From the NCBI RefSeq assembly GCF_001194135.2, contig NC_068994.1:12032283-12075647 (forward strand): DNA of 43,365 nt, read 5' to 3'. A program made the position numbers and the translations under genes. The notes beneath the pieces were generated by a model. It was not told the origin of the DNA and ran no database searches. It saw only the letters and a list, made by a program, of their open reading frames with translations. Of the stretch, positions 1 to 11,281 are shown piece after piece (positions within the stretch are counted from its first letter, which is position 1; each line of letters opens with the position of its first letter). The stretch comes from Octopus bimaculoides (lineage: Eukaryota).

Positions 1-504
1 TTTTTTTTTTTTTTTTTTTTTTTTGTGAATTTAAAAAAACGCATCCAGGAAAAAACAAAAAGAAAAGGCTTTTCTTCGTTAATAAATTTCCGAGAGGAAG
101 TTCTTCAAAATTTATAACATTGACTTCAACAAGTTATTTCTTCGCATATAGAAAGTGTGGAGGTGGAGAAAGAGAACAAGAGGAAAGCGTATAATTAATG
201 AGTGTGAATGTATGGGGGTGAGAGAGAGTGTGTGTGTGTAAGAGAAAGAAAGTGTGCAAACGCGCGCGCAAAGATAACATATATATTTCTATATACAAGC
301 ACACACAATACTTGCAGACGTCCTACGCATTATGTAATTCACTGCACAAAACAAAACCCATTATCAAAATGCATAAGAAAGACCAAGATGAATTCGATAA
401 ACAAAAAAGATAACTTTAGAAAATTTCACAAATGATCCAAGATTTTTTTTAAAGCAAACATTTTTAAAACCATCAAAAACTATCTCAAGCATTAATTCTC
501 TACA

Positions 505-725
505 GAGCAGTGGATTAGCAGAAATGGTTTTCGTATCGAGAAAATGCTCTACAATATTTTAGTCGCGTTTACTGGGGCCCTGGGCACCTATTGTGCCTGT
601 TCTTTAAGACAAACTAGTTTTGCATCTAAATTCGGTCGGGTTCAACTTTTGTCATTCACGATGCTTCTAGGCCAATAAAATAAAGAAACCAGTCAAGTAC
701 TAAGGTCGATTACACGACTATATAT
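505..725 (+). mobile_element. SINE family N, degenerate
   Basis: TTAGCAGAAATGG...AAAATGCT...CAACTTTTGTCATTCA...ATAAAATAAAGAAACCAG follows the family N motif order. Confidence 0.5.
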
Positions 726-2214
726 CCTATCCCGGTTTTACGCATATGCTAGATCAATATTAATTGCATTGAGCATGAATTCATGTATTATTAACCAATG
801 AAATTTCCCCGTGAAATTTTCACCAACCACGAGTGAGAGCAAAAGTAAGAGTGAGGATGAGAGAGAGCGGACTAAAGAGTAAATGTGACGAAAAGGACTG
901 AGACTAAGACAGAAAGAGGAGGTTGAGATAGACGGGGGGGGGGAGAGATAGAGAAAGAGACCCAGAGTGAGAATGAGACAGATTGAGAAAAACGCAGAAT
1001 GACGGTTAATGAGAGTTTGATGGGGACTTCAATAAATAAACATAAATACAATGATACAGAGATATTTGTAACATTTATTCCTTGGTTATTGTTTAGCCCA
1101 GTGTCAGTCAATATCGAATAGACATTTTATGAACCAAAAATGATAACAGAGAACATCCAGTCTTTTTATTTATTTTTTTTTTTTAAAAACAATGGACTAC
1201 AATCTCTAAATGTGCTCTTCCATTTTTTGAAAGATATCTAATATAATTCGAAGGAGATATAGCTGCTTTTTCTCCCAAATAGAACGACGACATGCAGGAA
1301 ACCCCTCGTTGACTTGGGGTTCATGTAGCCTCGTTTGTTTATGCTTCTCTCTCTAACTTTTCTAACATGAGTTATTTCTCTTTATTTGCGCCGCTGATAT
1401 TTGTAAAATGTTTTTTTGTTTTTTCGAGATACGCACACTACATGCGAAAAAAACATTCCACATACGTTTATAAATATATATATAAAAGTTTGAAACAAGT
1501 AAATTCATCAATCTTCAGAGAATTAGGAGATAGCAGTCTGACATAAAGCAAATGTTTGTTCCTTCAATAAAATAACCTACAAACTTTGAATTTTAATCAT
1601 TTCATTATATATTTTGGCGTACATTTAGAATGTCATAACCAACTATAAATATAACAAAAGTTTATTTCGTTTCTATTCCACTGATAACTTTCTATGAGAA
1701 TCGAAACGCCAGCTGTAGCGAAAGTAAACCAAACCAATTTTGGCATGTTCAGGCTTCCGTAGTTCTTGACGTCGACAAATAAAATTAAAAGCCAGCTTTT
1801 TTATTTTTATAGAATTTTTTATTTTCCTGGCAGATGGATACATTCGGGAACCGTCTTTCCGATTGTTTTTCTTTTACCTCAGCAACAACATATTTGCTGG
1901 TGTATTTTGAAACAGTAAATTTTGTTAGTAAAATAATTATTTACTTTCTCTTTTATGTGAAATAATTTTTTTTTCTACTCGCGCCTATGACCGGTTCCCT
2001 CATCTCCGCCAAATTTTCAAACGATTAGTTAGTTCAATTACCTTTTAATGTCTTAAGAAATGTTTTATAATTGTATATCAGCAATGATGCACATAATTAT
2101 ATATTATATACAGTTTTAAACATCGTAAGTCTCAAAGCGTGCATTAGATCACGTGACTTTGCTAGTTTAATTAGGGTGGGGAAGTTAAAGCCCCCCCCCC
2201 CCCNNNNNNNNNNC

Positions 2215-2410
2215 CGCCAATAAGCTCAGATCAGAAAGTCGCATGATCAAAGCCGTTCCAATTTAGCCCATCCTGTAGGTTTGTGTAACAAACTACTTTA
2301 TCTAATGTACCCGTCCGTTAAGACAACAGAGTGTGAACTGGGAGGAAGATTCGGCTACTATTTCTAAAGAGTGGCGAAACTGCGTAGAGGCTTTAGCTGT
2401 GGTGTTTCAT
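2215..2410 (-). repeat. Family C interspersed repeat (probable SINE 3' portion)
   Basis: GATCAAAGCCGTTCC... and GATTCGGCTACTATTTCTA are shared with the other C copies. Strand is assigned from a presumed A/C-rich tail. Confidence 0.55.
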
Positions 2411-3989
2411 AAAATATGGATTATTCGACGAGATAATATAGTGGTTAGCAAACCATTGTCTTTTTACCAATGCTCTGAGGAGAAAAAAAAACGCGTTCCA
2501 AAACTGTGCAGAGTATTATTTTAACATTAACATTTTGGAAGGAATTATGTAGTGCGTGCATCGATGTAGTTGTGAAATTAACAAACACTTTATGCGAAAG
2601 ATTATATTATAATACAGTTTCTAAAACAATCGTAGAAAGATATTAAAAGAATTTGCCTGAGTGATTATCAATAAAGTTTAGAAAGTTATTTGGTTACAAA
2701 CAACAATAAAACGGTGTATGGCGGGAAAAGACAGTAAGATAATAGAAGAGAGGGGGATAATTAACGAAAATGAAACAGAAATGCAGTATAATATATAGGC
2801 ACGATATAGTAATGGGGAAATGAGATGGTAGAAGAGAAGACTGAAAGTTGGAGAAAAGTTACAATTTTGAATAAATTTAACAGCTGGAGTTTTCAGCGTA
2901 AAGATAAACAATCGTCATTTTCTAAAAAATAAAAGTTCATATTTTCGCCACCAAAAACAGAAGTTGAAAGAAAAAAATAGGGAAAATGAGGGAGGATGGA
3001 GAATAACAAAATGAAAAGACGGAGAGAATTGCAAAAGAAGGAATATAGATAAAAGTAAATTACATCAGGACATATCAGATTGTGTGAGGAAGAAAGGATA
3101 AAGTACACAGTAAGCCAGAAAAAAATATATATATAATATACGAAACAGAAAATTATAGAGATAGCGGGGACATAGCAAAAGAGAACGGAGTAACAGAGAA
3201 AAGACGAATGAAAAGGAAAAAGGAAAGTAGAAAGAAAGAAAGACAGGGGACAAAGTAAAATATTAAGGTTAAAAGAGAGAATGCGAGAGCGGTGTATCTG
3301 TCCGTTTAAGATAACTGCTTTTCTGACAGATTAAATAGGCAAAACATATTTTGTATGTTATTGCGACATTTACTAAAAGCTAATATATTTCAATACTATA
3401 GAATATATGTATAGATTCCAGCCAACAGAATAACACACACAGATGCCAACATCATCTTTGTGGACAGAAAAGGGGAAAAGTTCTGAGTTCGTAACTGGGA
3501 AGGTATTATTTTTTTTTTTTTTCCTGTTTTATACATAATACTGCAAGTGTCCACAAAAATGTTTTATTACAAAGACCAGGTGTTTGTTTATCAGTTTATG
3601 GCACAGTTGTTGGTTGAAGTATTGTGGAAGAATATGTTAAAACTCAAGCCAGTAATTTAAATAAAATAGTTGGGGATTTTTTAATGAGAAATATCTTTAA
3701 ACATAGTCTTATGATCGTGACAATGTATGTGTGTGACAAAGAGAGAGAGAGAGCTTTCTCTTCTATTACCTACCCATCCAATTAATAATTCCAAGAATAA
3801 AATAGTACCTATACATGCTAAAACCTTAGACTGAATCAAAAACTCTTAATTCTTTAGTCTCAAATGCAAGTTATTTCAGCTGTTTCTCCAATGTTAGCCA
3901 TAATGTCTTCAATCTTTAAACTTTCATAAAAGATTTTGTCATGGTAGCTTCTGCTATAACATGGCTCTACTAAATTTTGATTTCAACTA

Positions 3990-4700
3990 TCAAATCTTCC
4001 ATATTCCCCAAACTATCCACCGAAAACAAAAGATCCAGGAATAGGCCTGACAAAATTATCTGGTTTGCACATCCTTTCTTAAATGTTAAAGCTTATGTAA
4101 GTAGAACATTTTTAGCACTTCTATATAAACATTTCCTAGAACTATGCTATCATAGAAAGATCGACCACCGTAACAAGAAAATCAGTTATTCCTGCCTTCT
4201 CAATATCAAATTTATAACATCTAAGCCCATGCAAGATGAAGATTCCGGATGTTCTTGTACAAAGATGAATGCTCCTTGGACTCAGCATATAATATCAAGA
4301 CAAGTGAAAATGAAGCAGAGGTTACATACATCAATACATCAGCCATGCTATATCAAACTGTGGAAAGAAAAACGTTATATAAGTATGGTTGAGGGCCAGT
4401 CAAGATTTTACAATCAAATATCATCTTTCATAGATGCAGAAAAGCAGATAACCACAAGAATGGAAAGCCATTTATGGTCTTTGAAAGACAAAAAGATTGA
4501 CTAGGACATCAAACAGAGAAAGCTCAAGAAATCAAGTTTATACAAATGGATCCAATCAGTACAACCTAACAGAGGGGACAGAAATTGTACATGGTATTAA
4601 AAGCCTTAAGTTAACTACCTCAGCTCTAAAAATGAAAATATAAGATATCCTCATGCAGATAGATACATATTGGCCAACCGAGAAGCCCAACATCAGGATC
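3990..4700 (+). pseudogene. Penelope-like retroelement C-terminal fragment (post-RT linker plus GIY-YIG endonuclease), degenerate
   Basis: KRSRNRPDKIIWFAHPF...FLALLYKHF...KISYSCLLNIK resembles the PLE linker IIWFNPP...FLxLIDKHF...KISYSCMPN. KRYISMVEGQSRFYNQISSF...HLWSLKDKKID and YTNGSNQYNL resemble the GIY-YIG region. Frameshifts and stops are present. Confidence 0.75.
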
Positions 4701-5349
4701 ATACCCCCATCTTAGGGAACCACCTTACTATGAAGGAGACCTGATATTTTCCTTTTTCTTCTCTTTCTGCTTCTTCAACTCAACACCTTTTTTTTTTTTT
4801 GCTGTCTCTCCTATATCATTCCTCTAACCTTTATGACATTGTCTTTACTCATCCACTATCACAAACTTTATATAGATTTGTGAGTTTCAGTAGAAAGACT
4901 AGATATATGGTTATTAAATTGCATGCACAGACAATAACCTCATCTATACTTTATTAACTCAACCCTTTGTTGCTTTTAATGTCTGATCTCACAATTATTG
5001 CTCCTAGCATTTTGCATTTCTTCGTTCATGTTTTCCCATTTTCTGTAACATTACATGGAGTAGCCATCTTGAATTTTTTGTTTTGATATTCAGTAAGGCC
5101 AAATGATTGTCAAAAGTAGTGGACTTCTGTGAAGCACCTATTTCTTACATGCATATTTGATTGCATGTTACACACACTTATAAAAGCACACATGTACACA
5201 CACACATATGTATGCACAGAAATATATACAGACATGTACACAATATTATATATTTCATTATTAAAAATGTTTAAATGTTACAATGTTGTCTCAGAAAATG
5301 TAACAAAAGTAAACTAACTACCTTTTCTCTTATTTATCTATTTACCTTA

Positions 5350-5530
5350 TGTTTTACTTGTTTTAGCCACTTGGACTGCAGCCAATGCTGGGGCACCACT
5401 TTCAAGGATTTAGTCAAATCAACCCCAATACTAATTCTCAAGTGTGATACCTATTCCATCAGTCTCTACAAGGATGTAAACAAACCAACACATTCGAAGT
5501 TGGGGGAACAACAAAAAAAACGTGTGTGTG
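5350..5530 (-). mobile_element. SINE family A 3' half, degenerate
   Basis: TTTTACTTGTTTTAGCCACTTGGACTGCAGCCAATGCTGGGGCACC matches the family A tail reversed. Confidence 0.65.
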
Positions 5531-5534
5531 TGTT

Positions 5535-5738
5535 ATCATCCTTTAACATCTGTTTTCCATGCTGGCATGAGCTGGACAGTTTGACCAGAGCTGGCGGGCT
5601 AGAGAGCTGCACCAGGTTCCTGTCTGATTTGGTTTGGTTTCTACAGCTGGATGCCTTTCCTAATGCCAGCCATTTTACATTATGTGCTGGGTGCTTTTAC
5701 TGTGCCACCTGCATGAGTGCTTTTTACATGGCACAAGA
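5535..5738 (-). mobile_element. Family B 3' region
   Basis: TTTCCATGCTGGCATGAGCTGGAC...TTTCTACAGCTGGATGCCTTTCCTAATGCCAGCCA aligns with 16690-16860. Confidence 0.8.
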
Positions 5739-5865
5739 NNNNNNNNNNTGTGCCTCTCTCCGAAAGAGAGGGAGAGAGGGATATATATATATATATATAT
5801 ATCCCTCTCTCCCTCTCTTTCGGAGAGAGGCACAAGCACATACACAGACATATACACACATGGCA

Positions 5866-5992
5866 GTAACTTCCGCCTACCAAATCCAATCACAAGGCTT
5901 TGGTCGGCCCGAGGCTATAACAGAAGACACTTGCCCAAGGTGCCACGCGGTGGGACTGAACCCGAAACCATGTAGCTGGGAAGCAAGCTTCC
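5866..5992 (-). mobile_element. SINE family A/B 5' body fragment
   Basis: CTACCAAATCCAATCACAAGGCTTTGGTCGGCCCGAGGCTATAACAGAAGACACTTGCCCAAGG is nearly identical to ~7605-7670. Confidence 0.85.
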
Positions 5993-6167
5993 TATATATA
6001 TATATCTATCTNNNNNNNNNNNNNNNNNNNNNNNNNNNNNNNNNNNNNNNNNNNNNNNNNNNNNNNNNNNNNNNNNNNNNNNNNNNNNNNNNNNNNNNNN
6101 NNNNNNNNNNNNNNNNNNNNNNNNNNNNNNNNNNNNNNATATATATATATATATATATATATATAAA

Positions 6168-6312
6168 GCTTCTATGCAGTTTCTAGCTACAAAATTCACT
6201 TACAAGGCATTGGTCACTTAAGGGCTATAGTGGAAGACACTTGTCCAAGGTGTCGCAAACTGGGATTGAATCCAGAACCAATTGATTGCAAAGTGAGCTT
6301 CTTAACCACATG
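6168..6312 (-). mobile_element. SINE family A/B 5' half, degenerate
   Basis: ACAAGGCATTGGTC...GGCTATAGTGGAAGACACTTGTCCAAGG matches the shared body. Confidence 0.7.
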
Positions 6313-6634
6313 AAAAAGTTTTTTAAAAGAGTGGGGATGGAGGGGGGGGCTGAAGATAGACATAAAATGGAAGCATGCAAAGTCAAAGTAACATGCAGCT
6401 GACAAGCTACAAGTTTTTTTATGTGTAATAAGCAATTTGGGATGAGTGGGGTGGAAAAGCAAAATATTCATAAATCGAAACATCATGCTAAACTGGATTA
6501 GCATTCAACTTTTATAAACTCTCTTCACTAGATATGTATAAGCTGTATTATGAAGTATAAAGAACATGTTTAAAATTAGAAGCATGACTATGTAGTAAGA
6601 ATTAGCTTCCTAAACTATGTTTTCCAGTTCAGCC

Positions 6635-6810
6635 TCACAAGTGTCTTCTACTATAGCCCCGGGCTGACCAAAGCCTTGTGAGTAAATTTGGCTGACAGAA
6701 ACTGAAAGAAACCTGTTGTATATATGTATATAAGTGTATGTATTTATGTTACTGCCTCCTTGTCTTGATACTATTTGATAGCTGTAAGCAAGTGTCATCA
6801 TCAGGGAAGC
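6635..6810 (+). mobile_element. SINE family A/B body fragment
   Basis: CAAGTGTCTTCTACTATAGCCCCGGGCTGACCAAAGCCTTGTGAGTAAATTTGG matches ~24118-24175. Confidence 0.75.
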
Positions 6811-6849
6811 AGTATCTTAAGTTTCCAGTCTTCCAAGATATGTCTCATT

Positions 6850-7260
6850 ATGGAGAAATATTACCTTACTTGGAAACAGGAAAAGCATCCAACCATAGAA
6901 AATCTGCAAATCTGCCTGAACAAATTCTGTCCAACTGAGAAGAGCATGGAAAAGTGGATGTTGAATGATGATGAAACATACATTCATCCAAAGGTCTGAA
7001 AGTAATCTGCAGCAATTCCCTTCTCAACTATTTTGGATAAAAGAATATTCCAACAGGAATAGAAAAATACATGTTCCTCATGATTTTCTAATTTTACAGC
7101 ACATTCACAGAAACAAAACTGGGTACACAGTGACATCAACAGAGCAGCATTTTCAACAAAATCAGATTCATCTTAAAACTTTCTGACCAACGAAATCACT
7201 CGCTACTCTTCACTGCAGAAGCAATCTGCATTAAGATGCACATATACAAACAGCTAGATA
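6850..7260 (+). pseudogene. Second, more decayed Penelope-like GIY-YIG fragment of a different subtype
   Basis: LPYL..., QRSESNLQQFPSQLFWIKEYSNRNRKIHVP (cf. SNVIYQFxC...YIGxT...RIKxHVP), TEQHFQQN (cf. IxQHL..N) and LLFTAEAICIKMH (cf. LxxxEAxxI) occur in the expected order across frames. Confidence 0.45.
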
Positions 7261-7332
7261 ATACTTAATATAAAGAGCACACATTGAAAAATTACAAGAA
7301 CAATAATGATGATTTCAGTTTGCAAGTAGATA

Positions 7333-7745
7333 TACTCTTTTACTCTTTACTTGTTTCAGTCATTTGACTGCGGCCATGCTGGAGCACCGCCTTTAGTCGA
7401 GCAAATCGACCCCAGGACTTGTTCTTTGTAAGCCTAGTACTTATTCTATCGGTCTCTTTTGCTGAACCACCAAGTTACGGGGACATAAACACACCAACAT
7501 CGGTTGTCAAGCGATGTTGGGGAACAAACACAGACACACAAAACACATACACACACATACATATATACATATACATATATACGACGGGCTTCTTTCAGTT
7601 TCCGTCTACCAAATCCACTCACAAGGCTTTGGTCGGCCCGAGGCTATAGTAGAAGACACTTGCCCAAGGTGCCAAGCAGTGAGACTGAACCCAGAACCAT
7701 GTGGTTGGTAAGCAAGCTACTTACCACACAGCCACTCCTGCGCCT
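7333..7745 (-). mobile_element. SINE family A, full length (tRNA-like head, conserved body, TA/CA microsatellite linker, A-rich tail)
   Basis: Highly similar to the reverse complement of 24036-24415. On the minus strand the head carries pol III A-box-like (GGCTGTGTGGTAAG) and B-box-like (GGGTTCAGTC) motifs. Confidence 0.9.
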
Positions 7746-7889
7746 AATTACAGTTTTCATATATTCCATAGTAAGAATGGTTTATGTACTTCATACAAGA
7801 TAAATCAGCTCAAGGGAAATCTTTTCTTTGCAAAAGGTTTTGAACTTTTTTTATATTAACTCGGAAAATAATTTAAAATATTAGCATTT

Positions 7890-8075
7890 GTCATCATCAC
7901 AATTCAGTGCTTGTGTTTCATACTGTCATGGGTTTGGACAGTTTGACAAGATTGCATTGTGCTCCAGTGTCTACTTTGATAAAGTTTCTACAGCTGGATG
8001 CTCTCCCTAATGCTAACTACTTTACAGTGGGTACATTTTTTCATATCACTGGCAGTAATGAGGTTACCATGCTGC
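7890..8075 (-). mobile_element. Family B 3' region, degenerate
   Basis: GTTTCTACAGCTGGATGCTCTCCCTAATGCTAACTACTTT is shared with the other B copies. Confidence 0.7.
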
Positions 8076-8354
8076 TCGCAAGACTACAAAGGACGAAGGA
8101 ACAGCATTTGAGATGAGAGCACAAAGTATGAGAGGAGAGAAGGGAGTAGGTTCTTCTAAAGGAGCAGCATGGTTACTCACCTTTAGGAGAGAGAACGAGA
8201 ATAGTCAGTAGGAGATGCAAGTGCCAAGATCTCCTCAAGGTAGGAGGTCAATAGAAGTGTGATGGGACAGTGGAACTTGGAGTCTGAGTGGGGGTGGAAT
8301 TGCAGGGCTGTATGGTGAAGGAGATTTTGCACTCAAAATATGATAGATGAGGAT

Positions 8355-8570
8355 TCTCTTTTACTCTTTTACTTGTTTCAGTCATTTGACTGCGGCCATT
8401 CTGGAGCACCGCCTTTAGTCGAGTAAATCGACCCCAGAACTTATTCTTTGGATGCCTAGTACTTATTCTATCGGTCCCTTTTGCTGAACCGCTAAGTTAT
8501 GGGGACGTAAACACACCAGCATCGGTTGTCAAGCAATGTTGAGGGGACAAACACAGACATACAAACATAT

Positions 8571-8601
<31 letters not shown>

Positions 8602-8962
8602 NNNNNNNNNNNNNNNNNNNNNNNNNNNNNNNNNNNNNNNNNNNNNNNNNNNNNNNNNNNNNNNNNNNNNNNNNNNNNNNNNNNACTAACCATTCGAAGT
8701 TAGGGTTAGGGTTGGTAAAAATTATTAATTGTTGATTTATTAATAAATTGATAAACCTTTACCCTTTTAATTGTAATATATATATATATATATATATACG
8801 ACAGACTTCTTTTAGTTTCCGTCTACCAAGTCCACTCACAAGGCTTTGGTCAGCCCGAGGCTATAGTAGAAGACACTTGCCCAAGGTGCCACGCAGTGGG
8901 ACTGAACCCGGAACCATGTGGTTGGTAAGCAAGCTACTTACCACACAGCCACTCCTGCGCCT
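8355..8962 (-). mobile_element. SINE family A, 3' half (8355-8600) and 5' half (~8776-8962) separated by (TA)n, an N gap and ~90 bp of other DNA
   Basis: Both halves align closely to 7333-7745. Confidence 0.85.
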
Positions 8963-9159
8963 ATCTAATTAATTAAAACTTTGCAAATATTTCTATTCCA
9001 TTTGTTTCTTGTGATTGTTATGTCAAAGCAAAAGTGAAATATTCTCTTCCAAATATCAATCACTCAAAATTCAGCAAATGTAACCACTTAACTGCTATTA
9101 TTAAACATGCTGAAGAATACTTCGATAGATGGAAAGTGTGAGGAATCACATACATGTGT

Positions 9160-9340
9160 GTGTGTTATGCATCATTTTTGTATTTGTCTCCGACCACTAT
9201 GTCCCCTGTAACTTAGTAGTTTGGCAAAAGAGAGAACAAGTACCAGACTTTGAAAACAAAAAGTACTGGGGTCAAAAACCCTTCAAGGTAGTGCCCCAGC
9301 TTGACCGCAATCCAATGATTGAAAAGGATAAAAGATGGCA
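9160..9340 (+). mobile_element. SINE family A 3' half, older variant
   Basis: GTAACTTAGTAGTTTGGCAAAAGAG...AAGTACCAG...GTGCCCCAGC...ATGATTGAAA resembles the tail of 37376-37700. Confidence 0.6.
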
Positions 9341-9439
9341 TTCTAATAATTCTTCGTATAATCCTTTCAAGATGTTCCATTTTAAATCTTACATTCTTAC
9401 AAATCCTAACAGCCACAACCCAATAAAGGAGCTTCAATG

Positions 9440-9625
9440 CAGTCGCTCACAAGACTAGAAATAACAACCAAATCTCCCAGAAGTCACATATATCTTCTAC
9501 TGCCAAAGGACAGATTGACCGATGCAGTTCTTGGATGTGGAAAGAAGAAAAAAAACAGGATGGTCACAGCTAAAACGCCTTTCATTATAGGTGTACGAGA
9601 ACAGGGTTAGGCAACGGGTTACAAG
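9440..9625 (+). repeat. Family C repeat
   Basis: CTAGAAATAACAACCAAATCTCCC...GGATGGTCACAGCTAAAACGCCTTT. Confidence 0.6.
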
Positions 9626-9924
9626 ACAACTAGAGTGTAATAAACTAGCGACAACATGCTATTTTAGGAATTATATAACTGCTAAAACGCTATCTTTAAG
9701 CTAGCGTTTGGACACTATTGTGTGTGCGCGTGCGCGCGCGTAAACGCACCAATAGAAATACGAAAGAAAACATTTCGAGACGTTTACTACCATAAATCTA
9801 CAACCAAGCAACGTAGATACCCAAAAGTAGAGCGCGCGTGTACGCATGCGCATGCACAGACGAATCCAATGGAATTAAATCGCACAGACACGCACAATAA
9901 ATGGAGTCAATGAGGAGGGTCGTA

Positions 9925-10080
9925 AGTGATTGCACGAGTTACTAGAAATAGCAGCAAAAATTACTCTCGAGCCCCCATCCTACCACTTTAAAAAAGTAAG
10001 AGGTAGGCATTGGACGGCTGAAAAGCTTTAGATCACAAGGCCAGCTCCATCAGTACTAACCTCCCGCTAAAACAAAACAA
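9925..10080 (+). repeat. Family C repeat
   Basis: CTAGAAATAGCAGCAAAAATT...GCTGAAAAGCTTTAGATCA...CTAAAACAAAACAA. Confidence 0.6.
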
Positions 10081-11090
10081 ATGACACTGAATTAATCAAA
10101 ACAAGCATTCTTAACACATTTTTTTTAGTAAACGCATACATTAAATCATTTCGTTGTTTTTAAAAGCTGTACAAATACATAACATTTTTAAATGAAAGTA
10201 TATTACATGTTTAAAAATGATATAATTTATTTTCACATGAATTTATTAGTCCGGTATTCCTTACAAGAACTTGAATTAAAAAAGAAATCGATATGGTAAT
10301 CATTATCATCGCAATGATTAAATCACGACCTGCTAATAATAGCAGCCGAATACCCTTTAATTATAGTTTTAAGTAAAGGATTCGTTGCATTTCTCAAGGA
10401 CTGGCCATGAGCTAGCAGCAACACTATCTTAAAATAGAGCTCATGAATGGAGCGCTTTTGGGTATATTAATTTATTTTCGTTAATTGTATTATCGTTATG
10501 AAATGTATTCGAAATCTTTAAAAAAAATTAATATTTAATTTTAGAGACAGGAAAATAATTTCTAACGTATATAGAAAATACAACCTTAATATGAAAGTCA
10601 AAAGGGGTGAGAGCAGCAAGAATTTTAAAAGGACAGGGAAAGAAGAAGCGGGTTAAGGGGGAGGGGGTGAAGGAAAACAGTGAGGAAAGAAGAAATAAAA
10701 ATAAAGTGGGAGGAAAATAGTGAGAGAAGCAGAAGAAAACATCGGAAGAAAGGGAGACGAAGGAAAAGGAAGGGAAGAGAAAATAAGAAAGAGAATAAGG
10801 AGAAATGCAAGAACTGAAGAGAACATGCGATGGCGGTGGAAAAGAAAGGGAAAAATGAATTAAGAGAAAGAACACAGAAAGAAATTATTTATGAGTGTTG
10901 TTATAATAATGTTACCATATCGATGTTGTTAGAGACGTCTCTCTTGTTCTTGTGGTCAATGAAAGAAATATTGATTACTATCAATAATAATATTTCCAAA
11001 TAAGAAAGAAAAAAGAGAAAATGGAAGAATGAAGAAAGTGAAAATGAAAAGCACGGAAAGAAAGAAAAAAGTTGCGAATTTCTAACTTAA

Positions 11091-11281
11091 CCCTTTCGAT
11101 ATCAACTCGCCCGAGACGACACCCTAGATTTATAATGCAAAATTCTTGTTTTAATATGGTTTTAAATTAAAACCTATCAAAATTGCATGCTTATTTTTTG
11201 TTCTAAATACCAGCATAACAAAGTTATTTTATTAAATCCATTGTTTAAAAAAAAAATAATTGAAATATGGTAACAAAAGGG
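11091..11281. mobile_element. piggyBac-type MITE (191 bp)
   Basis: TTAA|CCCTTTCGATATCA ... TGGTAACAAAAGGG|TTAA: TTAA TSD on both sides (11087-11090, 11282-11285) and CCCTTT termini. Confidence 0.8.

Noticed and set aside
5749-5834. Perfect 86-bp palindrome centred on (AT)11
   Set aside because: It begins exactly at a 10-N gap and folds back at a TA microsatellite, the usual signature of a fold-back read or contig-end artefact. Long reads spanning both arms would be needed to rescue it.
5275-6186. 303-aa ORF in the track
   Set aside because: It runs through SINE fragments, microsatellites and two N gaps, and has no protein-like content.
7504-7803. Recurrent peptide FSFRLPNPLTRLWSARGYSRRHLPKVP in several ORFs
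   Set aside because: Translation of the antisense SINE family A body (also at 5682, 8748 and 23969), not a gene family.
8696-8716. Interstitial telomere
   Set aside because: Only two TTAGGG units next to a gap; too short to call.
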